Shown here in pieces: positions 1 through 9,422 of a DNA stretch of 64,000 nucleotides. The translations under genes were made by a program, and so were the position numbers. The stretch is taken from contig CABZCX010000003.1 in NCBI GenBank assembly GCA_902524345.1, positions 39,504 through 103,503 on the forward strand, read 5' to 3'. The number at the start of each line of letters is the position of its first letter. Position 1 is the first letter of the stretch. The stretch is from an uncultured Pelagibacteraceae bacterium (GTDB taxonomy: Bacteria; Pseudomonadota; Alphaproteobacteria; Pelagibacterales; Pelagibacteraceae). Below the pieces are notes generated by a model, which saw only the letters and a program-made list of their open reading frames with translations, was not told where the DNA came from and ran no database searches.

Positions 1-1035
1 CACACCTGCTTTTTCTCTAATCGCCATTTCTATTTCTGCAGCAACATTAGGGTTTTGTGCAAGATAAGTTTTTGCATTTTCTCTACCTTGACCTATCTTT
101 TCACCCTTATAAGCATACCATGCTCCTGATTTTTCAATAATGTCAGCTTTAGCACCTAGGTCAACTAACTCACCCATTTTGCTAATTCCTCTGCCATACA
201 TTAAGTCAAACTCAACAACTTTAAATGGTGGTGCAACTTTGTTCTTAACTACTTTTACTCTTGTAGTGTTACCAATAATTTCATCTTTATCTTTGATGGC
301 ACCAATTCTTCTAATATCCATTCTTACAGACGAGTAAAATTTAAGCGCATTTCCACCTGATGTTGTTTCTGGACTTCCAAACATAACTCCAATTTTCATT
401 CTAATTTGGTTAATGAAAATCATCATTGTGTTTGTGTTCGAAATTGAACCAGTTAATTTTCTTAAAGCCTGACTCATTAATCTTGATTGAAGACCAACAT
501 GATGATCTCCCATCTCTCCTTCAATTTCAGCTTTTGGAGTTAAAGCTGCAACAGAGTCAATTACGATAACTGAAATAGAGCCTGATTTTACTAGCGTATC
601 AGCGATTTCTAAAGCTTGCTCACCTGCATCTGGTTGAGAGATTAAAAGCTCTTCAGTATTTACACCTAATTTCTTTGCGTAAACTGGATCTAAAGCATGT
701 TCTGCATCAACGAATGCACAAATTCCACCTGCTTTTTGAGCTTCAGCAACAACTTGTAATGCTAATGTTGTTTTTCCAGAAGATTCTGGTCCGTAAACTT
801 CAATAATTCTGCCTTTAGGTAATCCTCCTATTCCTAAAGCTAAATCTAAACTTAAAGATCCAGTAGATACCGACTCGATATCCATAGCTCTTTTTTCACC
901 GAGCTTCATTACTGAACCTTTTCCAAAATTATCTGTGATTTGGCTGATTGCAGCTTCTAAAGCCTTATTTTTCTCTTTATTTTCCAATTCTTGATTTTTA
1001 GTAGATTTAACTACTTTTAAGTTATTTTTAGTCAT
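1..1035 (-). CDS. recA: Recombinase RecA (3' end runs off the window start)
   Basis: Not in ORF track. Manual translation from ATG at 1035: [10 protein letters not shown]...[23 protein letters not shown]...[34 protein letters not shown]...; open to position 1 (..[10 protein letters not shown]). Confidence 0.98.
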   Translation of the reverse strand, partial: MTKNNLKVVKSTKNQELENKEKNKALEAAISQITDNFGKGSVMKLGEKRAMDIESVSTGSLSLDLALGIGGLPKGRIIEVYGPESSGKTTLALQVVAEAQKAGGICAFVDAEHALDPVYAKKLGVNTEELLISQPDAGEQALEIADTLVKSGSISVIVIDSVAALTPKAEIEGEMGDHHVGLQSRLMSQALRKLTGSISNTNTMMIFINQIRMKIGVMFGSPETTSGGNALKFYSSVRMDIRRIGAIKDKDEIIGNTTRVKVVKNKVAPPFKVVEFDLMYGRGISKMGELVDLGAKADIIEKSGAWYAYKGEKIGQGRENAKTYLAQNPNVAAEIEMAIREKAGV

Positions 1036-1084
1036 TTTTTGCCTTTTTTTTTACGTTTTTTAACACTCGAATCATAAAATAAAT

Positions 1085-1099
1085 GTACACATTTTGTTC
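1085..1099 (-). promoter_or_regulatory. Alphaproteobacterial-type LexA (SOS) box GAAC-N7-GTAC upstream of recA
   Basis: Minus strand reads GAACAAAATGTGTAC, 50-64 bp upstream of the recA ATG, inside a TTGCTA-N16-TACATT promoter-like element (1109-1082). Confidence 0.8.
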
Positions 1100-1141
1100 T
1101 CATTAGCAAGATTTATTTATTTTAGCCTAAAAAGCCTCTTT

Positions 1142-2440
1142 TTATCTTAATTTTAGATAATCACTATTCAGTAAACCTATAGATTTGAGCAAATTAAATT
1201 GTGAAAGAATAAAGTTTCTCTCAGAATCGGCTAAAGAAATTTGAGCATTCAATAAAAGGGAATTTGATTGAATAACTTCCAAAGTCGTTCTGCCAGAGGA
1301 ACCACTATTGTATTCTGCTGTGATACCCTCATTAGCAATTTCTGCTGCTCTTACTTGCAATTGAACAGAGTTAAGCAAACTTTTATTTGATTGAAAATTT
1401 GACCAGGCGCTTGCTACATTAGTTTGATTTTTTTTAATCTGGCTATCTAAAGTTAAACGTGATCTATTTTCTATATTCTTATTTTTATTTAAAGATGCGA
1501 GATTTTTTCCACCTGAATAAAATGGCCAAGTAACAGTTGCTTTTAAAGTTTCTTTATCTCTCTCATCGTAAGTAGCACTTAAGTCATCTGAGTAGGACTT
1601 TTCTAAAGATAATTTCGCAGTTGGCACTAATTCTGATCTCGCAATCGACGTATCCTCTTTCGATTGTTCATATTCCATTTCAGCAATAATTAAATCTGGA
1701 TTGCTTTTTTTAGATTGTTCTATGGCTGAATTTAAACTTCCTGGTATTTGGTAACTAATTATTGAACTTTTATCTAATGACTGAGCATTACCCAAAGGTC
1801 CAATAATATTTTCATAATTCAACTTACTGGTTAAAAGATCACTTTGAGCCTGAATGAAACTAGCTTCTGCACCGGCCAATGATGACTCTGATTGTGAGAC
1901 ATCTGACAAACTAATTTGACCTCTTTCAAGTCTAATTCTATCAGTTTCAACTTGTCTACTTAGAAGCTCAACGTTAGCTCTATTAATATCTAATTTTTCA
2001 TTCGCTGAAATTAATCCAGTATACGCTGCTACAGTTTTATATAAAATATCTTGCTCTTTTTTTAAAAGTTTTGCTTTGGCTAAATTGATACCAATTTTAC
2101 TTTTTGACAAATCAGCGCCTCTACCAAAATCAAATAATGTTTGAGTAACTGAAATAGATTTAGTTTCTGTATCTACATTAGTAATTGTGGCATTTGACCC
2201 ATTTCTATTTGTTAATTTGTCAGTCTCATCTTGGCTCTTTGATCCCTCTAGAGTAATTGTTGGAAAATAGGAACTCATTGAAATTTTAAGTTCTTGTTCC
2301 GAAATACTGATATTTTCTCTTTCAGCATTTAATTCAGAATTATTTTTATAAGCTTTTTTTAGAGCTGCAGTAAATGTTTCAGCACTTAAATTAGAAATTA
2401 TGAATAGATTGCTAAGAATGATAATTAAAAATTTTTTCAT
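1142..2440 (-). CDS. tolC: TolC family outer membrane efflux/type I secretion channel
   Basis: Signal peptide, two helical repeat halves, C-terminal 'TTLEVIQSNSLLLNAQ...FNLLKSIG' typical of TolC. Confidence 0.9.
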   Translation of the reverse strand: MKKFLIIILSNLFIISNLSAETFTAALKKAYKNNSELNAERENISISEQELKISMSSYFPTITLEGSKSQDETDKLTNRNGSNATITNVDTETKSISVTQTLFDFGRGADLSKSKIGINLAKAKLLKKEQDILYKTVAAYTGLISANEKLDINRANVELLSRQVETDRIRLERGQISLSDVSQSESSLAGAEASFIQAQSDLLTSKLNYENIIGPLGNAQSLDKSSIISYQIPGSLNSAIEQSKKSNPDLIIAEMEYEQSKEDTSIARSELVPTAKLSLEKSYSDDLSATYDERDKETLKATVTWPFYSGGKNLASLNKNKNIENRSRLTLDSQIKKNQTNVASAWSNFQSNKSLLNSVQLQVRAAEIANEGITAEYNSGSSGRTTLEVIQSNSLLLNAQISLADSERNFILSQFNLLKSIGLLNSDYLKLR

Positions 2441-3366
2441 TTGTTTCTATATAATGCAGATTTGATCTGATGGTTACTATTTAAATTGAATATAATTGAT
2501 GCATATTTAGGCATATTCTTGAACATATTTTGCGTAATTCTTTGATACGTTTGCATAAAATTAATTACATCACCTCTACTCATGATCTTTAAGTTGAATT
2601 TTGCTTTACTTTTTATCCAAAGTTTTCTTTCTTGTTTTAATCTCCATTTTTGTAGCAAGCTGAAATTTTTTGCTTTTAAATAAATTAAACAATTCAATTG
2701 GGAATATAATTTTTTATATTTCGATTTCAATTGGTCGTTTACATATTTTCTCCAGATCTGTTTTCGATCTTTGGCCTTCTCCATTGAATTGATTGTTTTT
2801 TTTAATGAGCTATTTTTTTCAGATTTCGCTCCTACACACCATCCTTCAAATATAATTACATCTGGTCTTTCTTTTAAATCGTACCAATATTTTTTATTAA
2901 ATCTATCATCTATAGCTTTATTAAATGTTGGTAGTTTTAGCCTTTTAAATTTATTGCTTTTTGCTTTTTTAAAGAAATTTAACATCATGTTAATGTCATG
3001 TGTTCCAGGTACACCTCTAGTTAAAAGCATAGGATGAACTCTTCTTGATAAATTTTTACGTTCTTTTCTTGTTTTATAAAAGTCATCTATTGAAATTCTA
3101 AAAACATTTAATTTAAAATATTTAGTTAAAATAATTCTGATTAGAGAACTAATTGTAGTTTTGCCGGTTCCTTGACCCCCTGCTAAACCCACAAAATAAG
3201 GTTTTTTCTTTTCGGCTTTTTTACTTATCCAAAAACATAATGGAATTAAGAATAATTTAATCATTCTTTCTTTATTCTTAAATTTGTCAGCTTTTGTCTC
3301 TTGAGATTTGATAAACTTTAAACAATCTTTTTTTACCTTACTAAAGCATAAGCTGAATTGTTGCAT
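2437..3366 (-). CDS. P-loop kinase, D-glycerate 3-kinase (GLYK)/uridine kinase-like
   Basis: GLAGGQGTGKTT Walker A, SIDDFY, RGVPGTHD, FEGWCVG and LQKWRLKQE motifs of the GLYK-like family. Confidence 0.75.
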   Translation of the reverse strand: MQQFSLCFSKVKKDCLKFIKSQETKADKFKNKERMIKLFLIPLCFWISKKAEKKKPYFVGLAGGQGTGKTTISSLIRIILTKYFKLNVFRISIDDFYKTRKERKNLSRRVHPMLLTRGVPGTHDINMMLNFFKKAKSNKFKRLKLPTFNKAIDDRFNKKYWYDLKERPDVIIFEGWCVGAKSEKNSSLKKTINSMEKAKDRKQIWRKYVNDQLKSKYKKLYSQLNCLIYLKAKNFSLLQKWRLKQERKLWIKSKAKFNLKIMSRGDVINFMQTYQRITQNMFKNMPKYASIIFNLNSNHQIKSALYRNK

Positions 3367-3371
3367 GAAAA

Positions 3372-3734
3372 TTATTTTTTATCCAATGGGTGATTTTGAC
3401 CATCATTTACTGGAACATCCTTCATTTCAAAAGTGTTTATTTCATCAACACACCCAACATTAAATCCTGTCATAGCTGGATTAATTCTTGGATTGTGATG
3501 AGTATAAATTCCACACTCAGAACAAAAATAATGTTTAGCAACTTTTGAATGAAATTGATAAAGTTTTAATTTATCTTGACCTTTAATAATTTTGAAATCT
3601 TCATTTTTTACCATCGACATAATTGCTCCTTTTCTTTTACAAATAGAACAATTACATTTTATTACTTTAGCTAAATCTCCATCTAAATTTATTTCTGCTT
3701 CAACAGCTCCACAATGACAAACAAGTTTTTTCAT
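3372..3734 (-). CDS. GFA/CENP-V family zinc protein
   Basis: CHCG, CNCSIC and HYFCSECG cysteine motifs. Confidence 0.9.
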   Translation of the reverse strand: MKKLVCHCGAVEAEINLDGDLAKVIKCNCSICKRKGAIMSMVKNEDFKIIKGQDKLKLYQFHSKVAKHYFCSECGIYTHHNPRINPAMTGFNVGCVDEINTFEMKDVPVNDGQNHPLDKK

Positions 3735-3851
3735 TTTAATATAAAATTAAACTATCCTTGGTTGAAGTTATCCACAAGCATACAAAATATAGTTTTGATG
3801 TTCACGTTTTGATTCACTTTTGATTCAATTACGGACTCAAAATACAACCTC

Positions 3852-3880
3852 TTGCGTGCATTGTATAAATGGGCTATAAA
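3852..3880 (+). promoter_or_regulatory. Sigma70-type promoter of umuDC
   Basis: TTGCGT (3852-3857), 17 bp spacer, TATAAA (3875-3880). Confidence 0.65.
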
Positions 3881-3883
3881 TTA

Positions 3884-3898
3884 GAACAAAACAAGAAC
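3884..3898 (+). promoter_or_regulatory. LexA (SOS) box GAAC-N7-GAAC immediately before umuD
   Basis: GAACAAAACAAGAAC abuts ATG at 3899; matches the alphaproteobacterial consensus. Confidence 0.85.
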
Positions 3899-4294
3899 AT
3901 GAAACTAACTATTCCCTATTATCTGCATAAAGCTGGTGCTGGTTTCCCATCACCTGCCACTGATTATATCGAAGAAGATATCGATCTAAACATGCATCTA
4001 ATCAAAAACGTTCCGGCTACTTTTATTATCAGAGTACAAGGAAAATCCATGGTGGATGTTGGGATCAATGATGGAGACTTATTAGTTGTCGATAAAAGTT
4101 TAAAACCAAAAAATTTTTCAACCGTTATTGCGAATGTTCATGATGAGCTTGTGGTTAAAACTTTAGTTCAAGAGAGAGACAAAAAATTTTTATCGTCTGG
4201 GTCTAAAAATTTTTCAGACAGAATTTTAATTAACGAAGAAGAAGATGTTTTTATTTGGGGGGTTGTGACGTATGTCATCCATTCAACGTACTAA
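3899..4294 (+). CDS. umuD: UmuD, S24 autoproteolytic subunit of DNA polymerase V
   Basis: AGAGFPSPATDY cleavage region, catalytic Ser (GKSM) and Lys (VVKT). Start moved from 3869 to 3899 because 3869 lies inside the promoter spacer. Confidence 0.92.
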   Translation: MKLTIPYYLHKAGAGFPSPATDYIEEDIDLNMHLIKNVPATFIIRVQGKSMVDVGINDGDLLVVDKSLKPKNFSTVIANVHDELVVKTLVQERDKKFLSSGSKNFSDRILINEEEDVFIWGVVTYVIHSTY

Positions 4295-5552
4295 AAAAAT
4301 AGGCTTAGTTGATTGTAATTCTTTCTATGTTTCATGTGAAAGATTATTTAATCCAAAAATAAGAAAAAAACCTGTGGTTGTTTTATCCAATAATGATGGT
4401 TGTATCATTTCTAGATCTAATGAAGCAAAAGCGTTGGGGATCAAGATGGGTGAACCTTATTTTAAAGCAAAAAATATTATTGTTAAAAATAAAGTTGAAG
4501 TTTTTTCATCAAATTATTCGTTATACGGAGATTTATCTAGAAGAGTAATGAGAACTCTTAAAAGGTTTAATACCGAAATAGAGGTTTATTCAATCGATGA
4601 GGCATTTATAGATTTATCTAATTTTCCAGACTCAGAAGTTGAAAAGGTTGGAAGGGAAATTAGACAAACAGTTCTGCAATGGACTGGAATTCCAACAAGT
4701 ATCGGTATCGCTAAAACCAAAACATTGAGTAAAGTTGCAAATCATATCGCAAAGAAAAAACAATCAGGAGTAACGAGTTTAATTGGTATAGAAAATTTGG
4801 ATCCAATTTTAGAAAAATTTGAAATTAATGATGTATGGGGTGTCGGTAGACAACTTACAAAATTTTATCAAAAGAATGGCATCTATAATGCCAAACAACT
4901 TAAAAATAAGTCTAATACTTGGATTAAAAAATGTTCTAATGTTTTGAGCTCAAGAACTGCAATGGAACTTAGAGGAGTTCCTTGTATTGACTTAGAGACT
5001 ACACAAACAAAAAGGAAAAGTTGTGTCGTTTCAAGATCATTTGGTAAAAGAATAGAAAGTTTTCAAGAATTAAAGGAAGCAGTTGCTAATTATTGTTTGA
5101 ACGCTTCTGAAAAAATTAGATCAGAGTCTTTAGTTGCAAAAGCGATTACAGTATTTGTTAGAACCAGTCCTTTTCAAAGAGATTATGGATATTATTCAAA
5201 TTCAAAAACTGTCGACTTTCCAATTGCAACTAACAATAGTCTTGAGACTGTTAAAACTGCAATCGCAATACTTGAGAGTATATTTAGGAACGGCTGTCGT
5301 TATCAAAAAGCAGGAGTTATGCTTACAGGATTACGAGATGATGATGGTAGGAAAAATTTATTCTCATCAGAAAAAGATGAAAAAATAAAAACTTTGATGC
5401 AATCAATTGATAATACTAATTATAGATATGGTAGATCAACCTTAAGTCTTGCAAGTGCTGGAGTTCATAAAAAATGGAATATGAGAAGACAATATTCTTC
5501 TAAAATAGATACCGCTGATTTTTATTGTTTGCCAACAATCAAAGCTATTTAA
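4272..5552 (+). CDS. umuC: UmuC, Y-family DNA polymerase V
   Basis: LVDCNSFYVSCER, VLSNNDGC, YSIDEAF motifs and C-terminal W-x-MRR tail; overlaps umuD. Confidence 0.95.
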   Translation: MSSIQRTKKIGLVDCNSFYVSCERLFNPKIRKKPVVVLSNNDGCIISRSNEAKALGIKMGEPYFKAKNIIVKNKVEVFSSNYSLYGDLSRRVMRTLKRFNTEIEVYSIDEAFIDLSNFPDSEVEKVGREIRQTVLQWTGIPTSIGIAKTKTLSKVANHIAKKKQSGVTSLIGIENLDPILEKFEINDVWGVGRQLTKFYQKNGIYNAKQLKNKSNTWIKKCSNVLSSRTAMELRGVPCIDLETTQTKRKSCVVSRSFGKRIESFQELKEAVANYCLNASEKIRSESLVAKAITVFVRTSPFQRDYGYYSNSKTVDFPIATNNSLETVKTAIAILESIFRNGCRYQKAGVMLTGLRDDDGRKNLFSSEKDEKIKTLMQSIDNTNYRYGRSTLSLASAGVHKKWNMRRQYSSKIDTADFYCLPTIKAI

Positions 5553-6735
5553 CAAAATGGCAATTTGGTTCAACAACTGTCCATGATGAAGTGCCAAATT
5601 TTCTTTTTGAAATATTTTCAAAATTCAAAACTATTTTAGCTTGGTAACTGTTAAGATTACTACTATCTGACGACCATTGCTGAAGTCTTTTGATATTTTC
5701 ATGATCTGGAAACCGAGTTGCATAAGCATAAAGCCAGCCCCAATTACTCCCTTGTCTTCCATCAAGATCTTGCATTTTATAATTTTTTGCAGGTCCAGGT
5801 GCTTTCATTTCTTTGGCGTATTTAAAAACTATTTCGTTATTTTCAGTAAAATCGATGAAAAACTTAACAATATTATGAAAGTTTTTGCCTTTATATTCAT
5901 AGTCCCAAATATTATAGCCCTGGTTTTCCACAATAATTGCAATGACTGTTAAAGCATTCATTGCTCTTGCTTGGTAAAACATTGCTCTACCACCTCTTCT
6001 AGTTTCAATAGGTAAACTACCATCTTTTCTTTGATACCGAATTGTGGCTTCATAATTTTTAAAAGCTTTTTTAAAAAGCTTATTATCATTTAGCAGGACA
6101 CCCAACTGCATATGACTTATTGCAGATGACAGTGCATGGTTATGAGCTCTTTTAGGAACGCCTCTTGCTTGAGTACCATCTTTGTAGGTCATGTCATACA
6201 TAAGATGTTTGTTTTTCTTTACTATCTTTTTAAACCAATCTTTAATTATCTTATCCTCATTAGTTGCGATATCTATCACTTGTTTTGCAAAAGAATAACC
6301 AGCCATCATGGGTGAAGCCACCCATAAATTTACGGTTAGAGTATCATTCCAATGTCTACCCTCATGATCTGATGGACCGGTTCTTTTTGCTGCATCTGCT
6401 TTAGCCCATTCCAAAATAATCTTTTTTACATTTTCACACGCTTCAACACTACCCCCACCACATGGACGTTTAAAATTTTCAAATCTTTGTAACGCTCTAT
6501 TAAACCTATTATCTAATCCATAACCTTTAGGAGCTTTAACTTCTGAAATAGGTGTAACTGGATTAGTCATGGGATTGGAATACATTTTCGTCATACATCT
6601 ATTTGGATTTTTTGAAACTGGAAAAATAATTTCAGGATTATTTATTTTTGCTTTTTTCTTAATTTCTTTAAAATTCGAAAAAGACGGTGTACAAAATAAC
6701 AAATAAACTAATGTTGCAGAAATTATCCTAAACAT
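5545..6735 (-). CDS. Secreted alginate-lyase-like protein (PL5/AlgL-like fold)
   Basis: Signal-peptide-like N-terminus; AHNHA (compare AlgL NNHSY) and QRKDGSLPIETRRGGRAMFYQ (compare AlgL G-x-LP-x-E-x-x-R-x-x-RA-x-x-YH). Confidence 0.7.
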   Translation of the reverse strand: MFRIISATLVYLLFCTPSFSNFKEIKKKAKINNPEIIFPVSKNPNRCMTKMYSNPMTNPVTPISEVKAPKGYGLDNRFNRALQRFENFKRPCGGGSVEACENVKKIILEWAKADAAKRTGPSDHEGRHWNDTLTVNLWVASPMMAGYSFAKQVIDIATNEDKIIKDWFKKIVKKNKHLMYDMTYKDGTQARGVPKRAHNHALSSAISHMQLGVLLNDNKLFKKAFKNYEATIRYQRKDGSLPIETRRGGRAMFYQARAMNALTVIAIIVENQGYNIWDYEYKGKNFHNIVKFFIDFTENNEIVFKYAKEMKAPGPAKNYKMQDLDGRQGSNWGWLYAYATRFPDHENIKRLQQWSSDSSNLNSYQAKIVLNFENISKRKFGTSSWTVVEPNCHFVK

Positions 6736-9422
6736 TATCCAGTATTTTTCATTGCTGCAGCAATTCCTGCTATTGAAGTCAACAAAGTATCATTCAAATA
6801 TTCTTTATCTTTTTTATTTTTAATAGTCTTAATTTTTTTTATCGCGATAGGCTGAACTATGTTCAAAACTTCAGAATAAATATTTCTTACACCTATTGAT
6901 GTTCTAAATTGTTTTCTTGCAGCAATTATTTCTTTAGGCGTAATTTTTTTATTTAATTTTTTTATAACATCAAATTGAAATCTAAGTTTTTTTCCAACTC
7001 TCTTTAAACTTTCATCTGCTAAATGTTCTTCGTAAATTTTTGATATTTCAGGATCTGCTTTAGTAATCACCATATCTAATATATCAAGCATTGAATTAAA
7101 AAACGGCCAGTTTCTCTCCATGTCAAATAAAGTTTTTCTAAATTGTTTTATATATGAATATCTTAAAGCTTCTGCACTTCCAAGCCATGCAGGCAGCATA
7201 AGTCTAACTTGTGTCCAAGCAAACACCCAAGGGATTGCTCTTAAACTTTTTATAGTATCAATGTTTTTTCTTTTTGAGGGCCTTGAACCTATTGAAAGTT
7301 TACCAAGAGCTTTATGGGGCGTAACAGTTTCAAAGTATTTTATAAAATCAGAACTTTGATTAATATTTTTTCTATAAGAATTTTTTGATATCTCTGACAT
7401 TTTTTCAATTAACGATCTCCAACTAGCTTTTGGAACAGGTGATGGTTTTAAGGTGGCTTCAGTCACTGCACCTATGTAACTACATAAATTATATTTTGCT
7501 AAAGGTTCATAACCATATTTTTGTTGAATTACTTCACCTTGGTCGGTTATTCTTATTTTTCCTCTAACAGAGTTTGGAGGTTGTGATCTCAAAGTTGATT
7601 GAATCGGGCCACCTCCTCGTCCAGGAGATCCACCTCTTCCATGAAAAAAAGTTACGTTAATATTATATTTTTTACTTAATTTAATTATTTCCTCTTGAGC
7701 TTTATACTGATGCCAACTTGCACAAATTTTGCCTGCGTCTTTACTTGAATCTGAATAACCAATCATGACCTCCTGCTCATTTTTGATAACTTTTCTGTAC
7801 CATGATTGAGAAAACAATTTCTCCATTATATCTTTAGCATTAATTAAATCATCTAAAGTCTCAAATAATGGGACTACTCTTAACTTGTTTTTAATATTGG
7901 CTTCTTTTTGTAAAAATATTACAGATAACAAATCTGAAGCTGAATTAGTCATTGATATTACATAAGCTCCGAGACATTCACTAGGTTCGTTGGCCAAAAT
8001 TTTAAAAGTTGACCAAACTTCTTTATTTTCTCTATTTGAAAATTGAAATTTGTTTAATTGATTTTTTTTAGAGAGTATTTGTTTCTTTAAAAATTCAATT
8101 TTTTCGATTTCACTAAATTTTAAATAATTTTTTTTATATTTCTTTTTAACATATTCACTAATTACCTGACTGTGTCTTGAGGACTCTTGTCTTATATCTA
8201 ATCTTGCAAGATTAATACCAAAACACTTTGCCCTTCGCATCAAGTCTAATAATTCGCCACTAGCAAGATTTTCATTTTGATTTTGTTCTAAAGATTCTCT
8301 TACAGCTCTTAAAGGCTTTAATATCTCCTCTCGAGAACTCAATAAATTATTGTGATCTAGAGCTTTTTTATTTACAAGGTGTTGTTCTATCGATCTATGT
8401 GTGATCCTCATTTTATCTCTTAGAGGCCTTAAAAAAACTCTATAAGGCTCAAAAGATGTCCCTACACTTTTAAGAATTTTTTTTGAACATTTTTCCATAG
8501 AATAAGATCTTATTATTTTGGTAAGTGCTTTCTCGTACAACTTTGCAGCTTCCCACCTTGATAGTAAAATTACTTTTCTGGTGACATCAGCTGTAACATT
8601 TGGGTTACCATCGCGATCCCCTCCCATCCAAGATCCAAATTCAATAGGATTAAAATTTTTTGGCAAACCTTTGTTCATGTTCTGCACAAAAATTGAATTT
8701 AATCTTCTATAAACTTTTGGAATTGTATCCCACAAACTATCTTCAATTATTGCAAGTCCCCATCTTGCTTCATCGAATGGAGATGGTTTAATTCTTTTTA
8801 AATCATCCGTATTCCAAATAATAGTTAGCTCATCAAAAAGTTTTTTTTCTAAAACTGCTAATTTTGATGGAAAATTTTTAAGCAAATCTCTTTGTTCAAG
8901 AATTTCAATAATATTATGATATTTTTGAATAAGGGTTCTTCTCTTTACCTCAGTTGGGTGTGCAGTTAACACAATTCCAATTTTTAGGTTTTTAGCGGTA
9001 TTGTATATTTTTGTTTCTGAAATTTTTTTATTTCTAAAGAGATCCTCAAATATTTCCTCTATAAATATGTTGTTGTTTGAAGTTTTCTTATTACTATTTT
9101 CATATTCATTAAGCTTTCTAGAAGCATCAATTAAATCAGCCAAATTTATAAAATTCATAAAATGTGTGAATGCTCTAGTTAATTTAAATGAATTTTTTGG
9201 GCTCAGTTTTTTAATTGCTTTAATTACTGTTTGATTAGTTTGATTATTTTTAGAATTTATTTTGTTAGCTTTTGATAATTTTCTAACTTTTTCAACTAAT
9301 TCAAAAAACTTTTGACCTTCTTGTTCTTTGATAACTCTACCTAAAATATTACCCAGATATTTAACATTTTCCCTGAAAAATCTAGTTGGTATACGCTCAT
9401 AATATAGATCTCTTTTTTTCAT
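6735..9422 (-). CDS. ppc: Phosphoenolpyruvate carboxylase
   Basis: LTAHPTE, SWMGGDRDGNP, MIGYSDSSKDAG, FHGRGGSPGRGGGP, SLRAIPWVF motifs. Confidence 0.98.
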   Translation of the reverse strand: MKKRDLYYERIPTRFFRENVKYLGNILGRVIKEQEGQKFFELVEKVRKLSKANKINSKNNQTNQTVIKAIKKLSPKNSFKLTRAFTHFMNFINLADLIDASRKLNEYENSNKKTSNNNIFIEEIFEDLFRNKKISETKIYNTAKNLKIGIVLTAHPTEVKRRTLIQKYHNIIEILEQRDLLKNFPSKLAVLEKKLFDELTIIWNTDDLKRIKPSPFDEARWGLAIIEDSLWDTIPKVYRRLNSIFVQNMNKGLPKNFNPIEFGSWMGGDRDGNPNVTADVTRKVILLSRWEAAKLYEKALTKIIRSYSMEKCSKKILKSVGTSFEPYRVFLRPLRDKMRITHRSIEQHLVNKKALDHNNLLSSREEILKPLRAVRESLEQNQNENLASGELLDLMRRAKCFGINLARLDIRQESSRHSQVISEYVKKKYKKNYLKFSEIEKIEFLKKQILSKKNQLNKFQFSNRENKEVWSTFKILANEPSECLGAYVISMTNSASDLLSVIFLQKEANIKNKLRVVPLFETLDDLINAKDIMEKLFSQSWYRKVIKNEQEVMIGYSDSSKDAGKICASWHQYKAQEEIIKLSKKYNINVTFFHGRGGSPGRGGGPIQSTLRSQPPNSVRGKIRITDQGEVIQQKYGYEPLAKYNLCSYIGAVTEATLKPSPVPKASWRSLIEKMSEISKNSYRKNINQSSDFIKYFETVTPHKALGKLSIGSRPSKRKNIDTIKSLRAIPWVFAWTQVRLMLPAWLGSAEALRYSYIKQFRKTLFDMERNWPFFNSMLDILDMVITKADPEISKIYEEHLADESLKRVGKKLRFQFDVIKKLNKKITPKEIIAARKQFRTSIGVRNIYSEVLNIVQPIAIKKIKTIKNKKDKEYLNDTLLTSIAGIAAAMKNTG

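Noticed and set aside
140-337. 65-aa plus-strand ORF, and similar short track ORFs (e.g. 2771, 5134, 5677, 7120, 8518, 9001, 9633, 11611, 12042, 16350, 17259, 21714, 22250, 26812, 28285, 28633, 30036, 31283, 31865, 34570, 35812, 37761, 43789, 50520, 51000, 56662, 61938, 62973)
   Set aside because: They lie antisense to, or out of frame within, well-supported genes and have no recognisable motifs; treated as shadow ORFs.
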